From assembly GCA_013239625.1 (NCBI GenBank), contig MU053995.1:124001-188000 (forward strand): a stretch of DNA of 64,000 nucleotides. Direction: 5' to 3'. Each line of letters starts with the position of its first letter. Within the stretch, counting starts at the first letter, position 1. The position numbers were made by a program, and so were the translations under genes. The stretch comes from Lama guanicoe (taxonomy: Eukaryota). Below the pieces are notes generated by a model. That model was given only the letters and a program-made list of their open reading frames with translations. It searched no databases and was not told the origin of the DNA. Shown piece after piece: positions 38,720-52,339 of the stretch.

Positions 38720-41700
38720 GAAATTCCAAGATTTTAAGAAAACTGAAATTGTACCAATCATCTTTTCAGACGACAGCACTATGAGGGTAGAAATCAACTA
38801 CAATGAAAAAAAAAACCTACAAAAAACACAAACATATGGAGGCTAAACAATACACTACTACACAATGAATGAATGATGGAAGAAACCAAAGAGGAAAGCA
38901 AAACAGATTTTGAGACAAATGAAAACAAAACGACAATGATCCAAAACCTCTGGGACACAACAAAAGTAGTTCTCAGAGGGAAGTTTATAGCAATACAATC
39001 CTACCTCAGGAAACAAGAAAATTTTCAAGTAAACAACGTAATCTTAACATTTAAAGCAGTTGGAGAAAGAAGAACAAACAAAACCCCAAGTTAGTAGAAG
39101 AAGAGAAATTATAAAAATTAGAGCAGAAATAAATGAAATAGAGACTAAAAAAACCACAGAAAAGATCAATGAAACTAAAAGCCAGTTCTTTGAAAAGACA
39201 AACAAAATTGATAAACCTTTAGTCAGACTCATCAAGAAAACAAGGGAGAGGGCCCAAATTAATAAAATCAGAAATGAAAAAGGAGAAGTTATAACTGACA
39301 CCACAGAAATGCAAGGGATCATAAGAGGCCATTAAGAGCAACTATACACCAACAGAAATGACAACACAGAAGAAATGGACAATTTGTTAGAAAGGTACAA
39401 TTTGTCAAGGCTGAATAAAGAAGAAATAGAAAATATGAATAAACTAATTACCTGTACTGAAATTGAATTAGTAATTTTAAAATTCCCAACAAAAGTCAAG
39501 GATCAGATGTGTTTACCAAACACATACAGAAAAGTTAACACTTATCCTCCTGAAACTATTCCAAAAAACCTGGAAAGGAAGAAACATTCTAAATTCATTC
39601 TAGGAGGCCACCATCACCCTGATACCAAAACCAGACAAAAATATCACAAAAAAAGAAATTAACAAGCCAATATCAGTAATTAACATAGATGCAAAAATCC
39701 TCAATGAACAATAGTAGCAAATCAACTCCAACAATACACTAAAAGGATCATACGCCATGATCAAGTGGGATTTATCTCAAGAATGCAAGGATTTTTCAAA
39801 ATCTGCAAATCAATCAATGTGATACACCACATTAACAAACTGAAGAAAACCATATGACCATCTCAACAGATGCAAAAAATGCTTTTGATGAAATTCAATG
39901 TCCATTTATGATTAAGAAAAGATTCTCCAGAAAGTGTGCATAGAATGAACACATCTCAACATAGTAAGTCCATATATAACAAACCCACAGCTAACTACAT
40001 ACTTAATAATGAAAAGCTGAAAGCATTTCCTCTAAGATAGGACCAAGGCAAGAATGCCCACTCTCACATTTATTCAACATAGTTTTGGAAGTCCCAGCCA
40101 TAGCAATCAGAGAAGAAAGAGAAATCAAAAGAAAACCAAACTGAAAAAGAAGTAAAACTGTCACTGTTCACAGATGAAATAATATCATTTATATATGGAA
40201 TCTAAAAAAAAAACAAACAGGACACAAATGAACTTATCTATGAAACACAAACAAACTCACAAACATAGAGAACAGACTTACAGTTACCAAGAGGGGAAGT
40301 GGGTGGCAATAAACTGGAAGTCTGAAGTTTGCAACTCTTGGGAAATGATGGAAATGTTATGTATCTTGAGTGTAGTGGTGGTTTCATAAGTGTATACTTC
40401 TATGAAAATTCATCAAATTGTACATTTGAAATATGTGTAGTTTACTGTACAGAACTTATACAATAAAGTTATTTCTTTAAAAAAGATTTTAAAAAGATAA
40501 TGTTAAAGAGAAGTAAAGGCTAGTCAGACTGGGGGAAAATATTTGAAAACTTATATCCAACAAAGGACTTGTATCAGGATATATATAATAAATGCTTATA
40601 ACTTGATAATAAGATAAAAACAATGAAAAATGAAGAAAATATTTGAACAATTTACCAAAGAAAGAAAAATATATATACACACACACAATACCTATATACA
40701 CATATGTATTTATATATATATGCAAATATGCACATGAAAAGATACTCAACATTGTTAACCATTAGAGAAATACAAATTTAAAACATTAGATACCTACTAG
40801 AATGTCTGAAATAAAAAGGCTGACCATACCAGGTGTTGGCAATAATACAGAGGAAACAATATTCACAACTGCTGGTGGAAATGTACAATTATACAATGAC
40901 TTTGGAAAACTAACAGTTTCTTATAAAGTTAAGCATGTATATACTAAGTGATTCAGTCATTTTATTTCTAGGAATTTATCCAAGAAAGCAAGTATTCATG
41001 TAAAAATCTGTATATGATTATCTAAGCTACTCTATTTGTAATAGTCCCGAACACTAAACAATCTGAATACCCACAAAGTGAATTAATAAATGAAATGTGA
41101 CACATATGGATGAAGAATACTACTTAGCAATAAAGAGGAATGGATCATTTGTGAACAACAATAAAAGAACAACTGGATTCAATTAGACATTAACTCTTTT
41201 CTTTTCCTGAGCTAAAATTTTCATAAAGATCTGAAGCTCCAAGTGCCACCTAAGACCCAGTCTGTGGTTCACAACTACATCCCCTAAGGTATTTGCATGA
41301 GAGTAGTAGTAAAAGAAGAGTCTCTTAACTGTTCTTGTAAGATATGCTGAAAGATGATAACTTAAACCACAGTGAGATACTATTTTACACACACTGGAAT
41401 GACTGTAATCAAAAAAGATAAGTGTTCACAACGATGTGGAGAAGTTGGGATCCTCATACATTCCTGCTGGGAATGTAAAATATTGCAGCCACTTTGTAAA
41501 CCAGTCCAGCAGTTCCTCAAAACTTCCCATATGATCCAGCTATTCACTTCGAGGTATATGCTCAAAACAAGTAATAATGTATGTCACACAAAATCTTGTA
41601 CACAAATAAATATTCATAGCAGCACTGTTCATATTTGAAAATGGAGAAATATCCATGTTTCATAGATTAGATGACTTAATATTGTTAAAACGTCCACACT

Positions 41701-43680
41701 ACCCAAAGCAACAATATACACATTCTTCTCAATTGCACATGAAACACAGATCACATGCTGGGCCCGCAAACAGAAGTCTTAATAAATTTAAGAAGATTGA
41801 AATCATTTCAATGACCAATTCCAACCATAGTTATATAAAACAAAATCAATTACCTGAAAAAAATTGGAAAATTCACAAATACATGGAGATTAAATAACAT
41901 GGTACAGAACAATCAGTGGATTAAAGAAGAAATCAATACAGAAATAAGAAACACCTGAGACAAATAGAAATTGATATAAAATATACCAGACCTTAAGGGA
42001 TGTAGCAGATATTCATAGTGATAAATGATGCAGGCATCAAGAAAGAAAAATCTCAAACTCCCTAACTTTATACTACACACAAAAATGAACTCAGAATGCT
42101 TTAAAAACTTGAACATAAAACATGAAACCATTTAATCCCTAGATGAAAACAAGGGAAATCTCCTTGACACTATCTTAGTGATGATACTTAAATGTGACAC
42201 CAAAAGGAAAGATAACTAAAGCAAAAATAAATAAATGGGACTACATCAAAATAAAAAGCTTCCCCATAGCAAAGGAAACTATCAACAAAATGAAAATGCA
42301 ACCTACAGAATGAGAGAAAATTCTTACAAATAAATATCCAAAATATATAAAGAATATAACTCAATAGCAAAAAAAAAAAAACCCTCACAAATTCAAGTAA
42401 AAATGGACAGAAGATCTGAATAGACATTTTTCCAAAGAAGACATGCAGACAGCCAAGAGGCACATAAAAAGATGCTCAGCATCACTAACCATCAAAGAAA
42501 TGCAAATCAAAACTACAATGAGAAATCTCCTGACATCTGTCAGATGGCCATCACCAAAATGATGAGAAATAACAAGGGTTGGCAAGGATGCAGAGAAAAG
42601 AGAACCCTTTTACACTGTTGGTGGGAATGTAAATTGGTGCAAATTGGAAAAGAATATGGATATTCCTCAAAAAAAAATTTTTTAAGCTTCCATGGGACCT
42701 AGCAATTCCACTTCTGAGTTCTTCTCCTGAGAAAATGAAAACACCAGATAGAAAATATATTTACTCTCCCATATTGACTGTAACACTATTTATAATAGCC
42801 AAGATATGGAAACAACCTAAATGTCCTCATATGGACAAAGAAAATATTCTTCAGTCATAAAAATGAAGTCTTGCCATTTGTGATAGATGGACCTTGACAG
42901 CACTTGACAAAGTAAAATTAGAGACAAAGAAAATAAACCTATCAATGCAGAAAATAGATTGAACCCATAGATACAGAAAATAGATTTGTGGTTCCTAGTG
43001 ACAGGGAGTGGGATGTGGGGCAAAAATGGATGAAAAGCGTCAAAAGATACAAACTTCTAGTTATAAAGTAAAAGTCCTAGAATGTAATGTACGAAATGTG
43101 ACTATAGTTAATAATTCTGTATTGCATGTTTGAAAGTTGCTAAGAGGATATCTTAAAAGTTTTCTTCACAAGAACAAGAATTTTAACTAGATTAATTGTG
43201 GTGACCTTTGCACAACATATGCAAATATCAAATTACTGTTTGTACACCTGAAACTAATATTATATTATAAATCAATTATGTCTCAGAAAAAAAGGTCTAA
43301 ATGGAATATTACACTACCATGAAAAGGTACTAATACGTGCTACAATATGGATAACCTTGAAAATATTATTCTAGGTGAAAAGGCCAGCAAAAAGATCACA
43401 TATTACATGATTCAACTTATATGAAATGTCCATAATGAAAAATCTAAACAGATATGTCATAGTTCAGTGGTTGTCTAGGGCTGAGGGTTTGGGAGAAATC
43501 AAGAGTGACCACTAATGAGTATAGCATTTCTTCTTGGAGTGATAAAATATTCTAGGATTGGTTGTGATGATTGTTCTACCTATATGTGAATGTACTAAAA
43601 CTACTGAATTATAAATTTTAAACGAGTAAGTTATACAGTAAATGAATTAAATCTAAATAAATCTTTCATTAAAAAACAAA
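38720..43680 (+). mobile_element. Mosaic of LINE-1 fragments within the CLCN4 intron
   Basis: ORF2 homology at 38720-40185 ([25 protein letters not shown]) jumps from RT to the 3'UTR. Further ORF2/3'UTR pieces continue to 43680. Confidence 0.85.
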
Positions 43681-44003
43681 TGAAAATTTATATTTTCACC
43701 TCAATTGGAAGGCATAAAAGTAGCCCCGTTTCTTCGGCATGATCAACAAACCATCCACAATAAGAAAAATAAAACCAAACACAGATTTAAACAGGTTATG
43801 TATAAAACACATGTATATATTGCACATGAAACAGTGGGGAAGGATTTTCCAACTGAAGTTTGAACACTACAGCTAGAAAAGCCAAGTGGCAAGTGGTACT
43901 AGTGTTAGCCATGGCCAATGATGAAAACACATGTGTGTAGATAAGAGCATGAAGTTCACCAGTGCTGGCTGGATTCCCACCCAAGATCTTCCCACACACC
44001 CAT

Positions 44004-44190
44004 CTCCAACTGATTCACTAGCAGTTTCAACCATTAGTGCCACAAAGGATATCTGCCCCTGTCCTCAGACATGGTCTCATTGGAAGTCCAGCAGCACTGC
44101 TCATTGCTGTACCAGAAGGCAGACAAGCAGACCCCTTCCTTCAGGTCAGTCATCCAGTTGTTGGAGAGATAGATGACTCAGCCAAGTTAC
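44004..44190 (-). pseudogene. CLCN4: Dead CLCN4 exon immediately upstream of the GSGIPE exon
   Basis: Not in the ORF track. Reads [50 protein letters not shown]. Acceptor AG>AA (44192-44191), 1-nt deletion near 44178, TAA at 44036-44034, donor GT>AT (44003-44002). No CpG. Confidence 0.93.
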
Positions 44191-44539
44191 TTGGAAGAAG
44201 AAGAGCCACTAAGAGGAAGAGACACAAGACCAAGCAGTGAAGACACATGATTGGGTCCAGTTCAGCCCACATGGAGGGAGGTTGGGCATGAGAGGTAAAG
44301 ATGCATGCTCCTTGAGCTGTCAACCCACAGGAAGCCTCTTTAATCAATCTTGAAATCACCTGAGCAAGTGGCAAGATACCTAGCGTGGCAAAGGCATTAT
44401 AATGAGATGCATAGCTCAAAAATACGCTGTCCTTGGTGGGTTAATTCACAAAAGAGGAAGAAACAGACAGGTCTGAACTCATCACAAGCTCTAGGGCCCT
44501 AGTACTTTTGTAATTCATGCCTTCTACATTTTAAAAATA

Positions 44540-46025
44540 GAGTACATAAGTGACATAACCCTACTTCTGCCTTTCATTACCTCCTCTGTTATTATTCAGA
44601 TCACCAACATGGAATCATTCCTGGCCTAGTCCACTGCAAGAACCTCCTTCTTAGTCTCCCTGCTTTAGTCCAGTAAGTTCTTCATACTATATTATTACAA
44701 ACTTTCAAAACTGCTGATCAATCAATTGATCGATGCAACCCCCTACTAAAACACCTGCTTTGATTTGACATTTTTGGGGGAAAACACCCAGTTCCACAGC
44801 TGGCCCCTTAAATACTTACAGCTTCATCTCTTTGCATCACAAATCTTCATATTTTGCCCTCTCAATGATCCTGGATTAAACAGCCTCCCCTCTCTACACA
44901 ATCTCCAACCCAGAAATCTTATATTTATTTTGTAGATTCCAGCAATTACATCTCCTCCTTCAAGAAAATTTCTCTGAGTTCCTAAGTCTGAGTAAGGCAT
45001 ACTTCCTATGCAATCCCCTTTCACTGTATGTATCACAGCCTGATACAGATATACATATACAAATAGTATGATTGATAGATAGATATACATATACATATAT
45101 ATGTACAAATATGTTCCCACTAGTCTAAAAGTGGGAGTAAAAAGATTTTGTCTGGTTTGTGTCCCATGGTGGGAGTCACACCACACATCCAGACCTCATG
45201 TCCACTCCAAGTGGGCAAAGGCCACATGCTTTCTCCATTGTTGTATCCATGCCAGGTATATAGTTGGAGTCGTGTATCCATGTTGAAAGAATGAGTGCAA
45301 ATAAATGAATGAAAATCATAACACTGACATCCAACCATTCAGTTGAGTATATTTATTAAGCATATATGCACTATGTGCCAGTCATTATTCCATGTCCTTG
45401 GGATACAGCAGAGAATAAAACAGTATTATTATTCACAATAACCAAAAAAAAATGCACAAATCTTGAGAACATCATGCTTATAAAGATGTCAGACACAAAA
45501 ATCACATGATACAGTTATATATATTTTATACACACAAACGCACACACATATATGTGCATTGTGTATACACAGATTTTATCTATTACTAGTGTATAGATAG
45601 ATTGTCCACAATAAGTGAATCCATAGAGACAAAGAGTTGATTACTGGTTGCCTAGAGCTGGAAACAAGGGAGTGTTGATGGACAGAAGATGATGAAGTCA
45701 AATTTAAATTAAATGATGTCTAGGTTGCATAACTCTGTGAATATACTCAAACCATTAAACTGTGCACTTAAAGTGTGAATTTCTTAAATGGTAAATTGTA
45801 TGGTATGTGAATTATATCTCAGTAGAACTGTATAAATAAATAGGTGTGACAGAGACTGAAAGTAAGAAATCAAGCAAGCAAACTGGTAGTTGAAAAAGAT
45901 GAAACTGGATAGGGAGGAATATATTTCAGAGAGATGGTTATAGAATGCCTCAGGTGAAAGACTGCACTTGAACAAAGACCTTAAGACAAGTCAGGGAGGA
46001 GCCCTACAACTATCTGGGGCAGGAC
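44540..46025. mobile_element. L2 relics with an intervening old L1 3' fragment (~45420-45835)
   Basis: L2 tail gttgaaagaatgagtgcaaataaatgaatg, opposite-strand L2 tail atttattaagcatat..tgtgccag, and L1 3'UTR motifs. Confidence 0.6.
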
Positions 46026-46229
46026 TCAATGTTCACCACAAATCCCTTCACTAGTCATTCATGCATAACCATATTTTCCCATAGACAATCTTCTTGACTG
46101 ATTCTGACAGTACTGGTAGTCTCAGCCTTACTTCTGTGCAACAACAGTGACACTGAGTGGTAGCTCATGATAAATGCACTGAGGAAGACAGAATGGTTGG
46201 GTCACACTGGGGTTCAAAATATAATGGTC

Positions 46230-46870
46230 AGCCAGTAATACCACTCACTCCTGGGTGTATATCCAGAAGTAATCCCACTTCAAAAAGACACCTGCACCCC
46301 AATGTTCATAGCAGCACTATTTACAATAGCCAAGACATGGAAACAGTCTAAATGTCCAACAACAGATGACTGGATAAAGAAGAAGTGGTATATTTATACA
46401 ATGGAATACTATTCGGCAATAGAAAACAATGTAACGCCATTTGCAGCAACATGGATGTTCCAGGAATGTCATTCTAACTGAAGTAAGCCAGAAAGAGAAA
46501 GAAAAATACCATATGAGATCACTCATATATGGAATCTAAAAAAAAAAAGAAGACAAATGAAACTTATACATAAAACAGAAGCATACTCACATAGAATACA
46601 AAGTTGGGGTTGCCAAGGTAGATGGAGATGGGAAGAGATAAACCGAGAGTTCGAGATTTGTAGATACTGACAGGCATATGTAGAATAGATAAACAAGATT
46701 ATACTGTATAGCACAGGGACATATATACAAGATCCTATGGTAGCTCATAGTGAAAAATAGTATGACAGTGAATATATGTATGTTCATATATAACTGAAAA
46801 ATTGTGCTCTACACTGGAAATTGACACAACATTGTAAACTGACTATAACTCAGTTTTTAAAATGTTAAAA
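46230..46870 (+). mobile_element. 5'-truncated LINE-1 3' end
   Basis: ORF2 C-terminus (aagacacctgcaccccaatgttcatagcagcac) plus 3'UTR. Confidence 0.9.
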
Positions 46871-47302
46871 TAGGGGATGCCAGGCTGTGGACCCCTGAGT
46901 CTTCTCCACCAGCTGAGGAATAGGAAAGCAAATACTGCATAGCATACTGATTTTCCTCACTTTTGAGGTGCGTCCACGTCAAAGAATATTTTAATCACAT
47001 TTACTTTGAATATTATCCTATTCTTCCTCTTGTATTTACTTGCTGATAAACCCGTAGATCTGTTTTCTGTTCCTGCAGTGGCTCTCAATTTTGCACGCAG
47101 GAATCACTTGAGGATAATGGAGGCTTTTAAAATCCACGTCATCTTCAGAGATCCTATTTAAATAATAACCCATGGAGCCTGTGCAGCTGTATTTTTTAAT
47201 TCCCCAGCTGATTCCATCTGAAAGTGTAAGAACTAAGAGAAATATGAGTGATAGTAATGTTAGCTGGTCAAAATCCAGCTCTTTATTAAAAATAGCGCAT
47301 CA

Positions 47303-47916
47303 GGGATGCCAGAGGCCCCATCCTGCCAGGTTTCTTTCTTTGTCCTCCAGGGTCACAGCCCTCATCGCACGGACAGCCTCCACCTCACAATCTCAGCAGC
47401 ATGATGGGACCCCAGAGTCAGCGTTTTGTCACGGCGATACGCCTGCAGCCCCCGCCCTGGATTAGAATGGGAAACCAGCCTTCTGGGGGAGTTCCTTGGA
47501 CACAGCCACTGCTGCCCAATTCCATGAACCCTACGCTACAACCAGGGCACCCCAACATGGAAGAATCAGTGCAGGGAATGAACTCTCCTCAAGGCATGGG
47601 GCCCATGGGACCTGGCCTACAGAATTACTGCAGCAGCATGAGACCAGCACCCAAATCCCTCCGCGCTGTCATGCCCGGGGTTAAAATGGTCCCGCGAGCT
47701 GGCAGACCCTGGCCCAATCCTAAAAGTGCTAACTGAATTCCATACTCTTCCTCATCACCCCGTACCTACGTGGGACTCCTGGTGGTGGTGGTGGTGGCCC
47801 TTCAGGAACACCCAACATGCCTAGTTTTGCAGATTAAACAAGTTCCAGTGACAACATCTACACACATTAATCCGGTGCCGCCTGGAGGCAGCGGGTCCAA
47901 TTTCCGAATGAGTCCA
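47303..47916 (+). pseudogene. SSBP3: SSBP3 processed pseudogene, internal fragment
   Basis: Intronless. MMGPQSQ..IRMGNQPSGGVPWTQPLLPNSMNPT..GHPNM..GMGPMGPGLQNY..GRPWPNPKSAN*IPYSSSSP matches the recalled SSBP3 Gly/Pro-rich region. Contains stops and frameshifts. Confidence 0.88.
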
Positions 47917-49329
47917 CTCCAATGCTAAATACAGATTTTAGCACACTGGGACCAGAGAATCTAATCAGAGTCCATTGGAAAGTGCACAGCCCATAAAACA
48001 GCTCTGCTAATAACAGCACTTGAATGTAGAGTAGAGCCTATTACTTGTCTGAATAGGAAAACCAATGTGTCCTGTCTCACCAGGAAATTCTGTCACAGTC
48101 TTGCCTTATTCAGGCAAGGCCCCATACATGGCTTAGGGTCTATTTCATAGCTCTGATAGAAAAAAGCTAACTCATAACCCCACTTACTACTGATCTGACC
48201 ATTTATGACATCTGACAAGAGAAAGTAGGCAAACTTGTAGTCCATCCCACAGCTTTAATTGGACAGGGAACCAAGCCAGCAACTCTATCTATTTGTGTAC
48301 AGCCAGGGGCACCCCTACTCCCATCTCAGAGTTTGGCCAGTGGCCTTGCACAAAAACAGACTCCAACAGCAAGCCCAACCTGCCCAAGAATGCTACCGGC
48401 TAAAATGTTCAAAAACTCAAACAGAACTGACTAGTGAAGAACTGTCTCTGCCAAAGCAAACTTAAAAGGTCAGGAAGAGGGGACTCATTCAGATGTGCAA
48501 ATAACAATGTAAAGAATCAAAGATCATGAAGAATCAGGTAGAGGGAATCAAGATGGCAAATTTTGAGGACATGGAGCTCACCTCCCCTCACAAACACATT
48601 AAAATCCATCTAAATGTGGAACAATTTTCATGGAAAACTAACTAGAAACTAGACAAAGGACTCTTGTACAACCAACACTAGAAGAAGGATTCCCACATAA
48701 TCAGGTAGTATAGGAAGGACAGCATTGTATTGGGACCTGTGCCCCTGGAAATGGGAATCAGAAGAAAATGGAGATTACATGATCAGACCCTTGCCCTGAA
48801 GGGTAAGCAGTTTGTCCCAGTCCTAGGGTTCTATGCAGAGAAGACAAGTCCCCCATGGCTGCTTGAAGAACCACTGGCACAGACAGAATGGCTGGAGAAG
48901 CCTATATGCCACTTGTAAGGGGAGCACCCATGCTGGGTGTCAGCCGAAGGGGGCTGAACTGTGATTCAAGGAGGTGAGCAGCCCAACCGGGGACAGACTG
49001 CACAAGGAGCTGACATGGAACAAAACAGCACTTTATTCTATTACCACAAAGTGTTGCACATGCCCTGTGGTGCACTTGTCCTGCTTTTATCTATTTTCTG
49101 CCTGCACATTCTCACTGTTCATTTCTTTGTTCATGAGGCTTACATAACACCACTAGCTCATGCGTACTTCTACTTTCCTTGTTCAAAACTTATATAACCC
49201 ATGCATGCATACAGTCATTATTTACTTCATACTTCAAGCATGTTTTTGTGACCCTGGCCTTGAGTCCCACGGCCTTACTCATTCAAGATGACAAACATTC
49301 CACCCCCTAGGTCATGGGGACCCTGGCCC

Positions 49330-50520
49330 ATAGGGCAGAGCACTGTGCTCAAAGACCAGAACTGCAATACAGAGTATATTATGTTACCATTAAGCAGGCA
49401 GCTACCATAGACAGGACACTTAGGCTCCAGAGGAAGTCAAAGATTACCACCAATTTTTAAGGGGATCTTGAATTACATGATGTATGTGATCTAATTCCTG
49501 ATCTATTTCTTGCAGTGCCTTAGCTACTTCCTCCTGGTGATCTGGTATATAGATAACAACATTCAATATGTAACATAGCACATGGGCCACCCTGGCTTGC
49601 AGTGAGAATATCTAATGACATTCTATTTTGTAAGGCCACTTTTTGCATTTGAGTGGTCTCATCTAATAATTCCTCTATAGTTCTTCTAGTAACATTTAAT
49701 GCAGCTAGTATGTGCTGAGCCAAACTTCTGCCTGCAATTCTTCACGGATTGTCCCAGCACCAGGCAGGAACAGGGCCAGGGGATAAAACCACCAAGGTGC
49801 ACGCTTCTCCTGGTGCCACTGGGTGTGCAGCAGAACCCAGTTTGCAGGGTGTTCTGTTAAAGTGGACCAGATACATCCAGGCAAGTAAACTCTGCCCTAC
49901 ATACAGTGCCCTGTCCATTTAGCTGGGAGATAAGACGATCCGTGGGTGCCACATACCAACAGGTACCCTGATGGCAAGAAATTGGTGGCTTTTGTGCCAA
50001 TTAAATGTCATCTATCCCAGCAAGTGGAGGCATTTATATTATAAGTAATGTTGGGACATAGCTCTTCTGGCAGCCACCCCACTGTGCAGTTTAGAGCCTC
50101 GTGTTCAAACTGCTGCTCAATACAAAAAGGCCTTAAATTTCTCACTTTTACATGAACACTATTCATCCATCCCCACCCATTCCATACAGTCCTTCCAATT
50201 GGGGTGGGGGTGCCCCACTCACATCAGAGTATCTCTTCAATAGTCTGCTGCCGCAAGTCCCAGGGCGATCTCGCTGTCCTGCTGGCATTCCATCGAATCA
50301 AGGTGCTCCAATTAGCTCTGGACGTGGGGGTGGAGGTGCCATGGCAGTCCATCTCCTGCATCTAAGGGAAGTTCAGTACAGACCCAACAGTGAGAGACGT
50401 TGTGGACTCGCGTGAATGTGTGTGCCCAGGAGAACATGGTATTTGCTGTTACCCTGAATGGAAGGACAGAGAAGAGGTGGATACCATGATTGGCAAATCT
50501 CTCCCTCCTGTGAGGATGCA
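49330..50520 (-). pseudogene. Gamma-type env remnant
   Basis: SU HCWVC, cleavage-like QEKR|APWWFYPLALFLPGAG at ~49800, immunosuppressive domain LQNRMSLDILTASQGG, and CAMLHIECC (CX6CC). Frameshifted. Confidence 0.88.
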
Positions 50521-50599
50521 AGCCAGTTTCTCATCCTGTGAGAGTACAGTGGCAGGAAGGGCTGTTCGCCCTGGGCAGTGGTACCACACCAACCTGCCC

Positions 50600-52300
50600 A
50601 CACTAGGATGGTTACACTCTGGGAGAGCTTCAGGAGCTATCAGTGGAGTTGCCCAAAGTTGTAGGTCTTCTGCTCCTTTAAGTAGGGACACTCCTGTTTT
50701 CCCCAGAGTAACCTGCACATCAAAGGCCATTCCTCTACTATGGGGTTATCTGCAGGGCTTTCTTTAGCCTATTGCCCCATGATTGCAAAAGGGCTAGCCA
50801 GGGGACTTCATTCTGGACCTGATTCTTTTGTGTCCAGGTGTCCCATTGTCCTGAATTCAACACCATAAGGTGCAAAATATTAATGCATGGCCCACTACTG
50901 AGACATTGGAGGCACCCTGCATGGGCCCTACTCTGAGCCTCCAAATAGTCCCTTGTAATAACTTTTCCAGCGGGCTTATACCTGTACAGCAAGGTTGTTC
51001 ATTCAAAAGATGTACCGTTTGTGGCAAGACATTATTTCAGTCTCACCCTTGTGGTTTGAGAGCCCTCAATTTGTCCTTTAATAGATCATTGTATTGCTCA
51101 ATCATGCAGGCTTTTGGGGGACAGTAAGGCACATGCAATATTCAGTTAATATCATTTTCCTTGGCCCATTCCTGCATCTGTTGGGCAGTAAAAGGGGTCC
51201 CTCTATCACTTTGTATTTCTAAGGGAGTCCCATAAAAGTCCCATAAAACTTCCAATGCTGTAATAGTAGAGACTTGTGTAGCTCAGGGCACATGGTGGGC
51301 AAACTGAGGCCAGTGTCCACCACTGTCAGCAGGTACCTCAAGTCCATACTAGATACCTGCATTGGCTGAGCTCCCCATGCAATCTCCCCCAACTGTTGGG
51401 GCCATCTTGCCGGTGCAAGTGGTGCCTAGCACACCATGGACACTGACACATGACATCCTTGGCGTTACTGTGACTCAGATGCAGGCCCCACTGGTTAGCT
51501 ACCTGTCTCATTGTATATGAGCCTACATGACCAGGGACATATGGCAGGTCCTGGAAACATGGCCTGTACAGGGTGAAGTTGGGCTAGTGTGTCAGCAGCA
51601 TCATTGCTTGGGGCCAGGGCTGGGCAGTGCCCTAGTACATGGTAAATAGTATATTGACTTTCTTGGTCTTTATCCCATAACTGTTTCCACATCTGCTGTC
51701 CCCATAGCAGTTGGTGCTTGATCATCCAGTCTTGCAGGTGACTTTGTTCAGTTCTCGATTGTCCACTGTCATTTTCGAGGAGCCATCTGGCTTCTGCACT
51801 GGCCATGCTGAAGAATTATATGGGCTATGTTTTGCCCAAGTTATACCAGCTTCCTGAAGCTTCAGAAAGGTCTGTCCTATTTCCTTATGGCCTCTGGGCA
51901 ATGATATTGCCTGACATTCACCACTCGAGTAGCCTGTGGCAAAATGAAGGTGCATGATGAAGATACCCCTGTATTACTGTTTTCACCACTTGAACTCTCA
52001 GGCAAAATTCCTCTTGGGTCATCTGTATTTGCAATCCTTGAAAAATGTCCATTCCCAGAATATACTCAGCTACTTTATATGCAACATGGGGCAAACAACC
52101 AATACCCAAAGACAGAATCATTCATTTACTCACATTTGCTTGCTTTTATATCCCTCTATATTAACCCACGGTCCCCAAAAATGCTCCAGATTTCCATACA
52201 CTAATGTAATTTTGGCTCATGTATCTACTAGTGCTGATACTTGCTGTTTATTTATGGGGGACCAGTGAATAATTAATTCAACATGTGGCCTCTGTTCATT
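50600..52300 (-). pseudogene. ERV pro-pol remnant lacking most of RT and RNase H
   Basis: Protease ALVDT*AKIT at ~52200-52235. RT start SPYNSSAWPVQKPDGSSKMTVDNRELNKVT. Integrase YGTPLEIQSDRGTPFTAQ..MIEQYNDLLK. Confidence 0.85.
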
Positions 52301-52339
52301 GGTGTGCCGCATGTCCCAAATGCCTTGGCCTTCCTCCTA

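Noticed and set aside
49330..50520. Domesticated env (syncytin-like) gene
   Set aside because: The frame is broken repeatedly and the furin site is degraded (QEKR).
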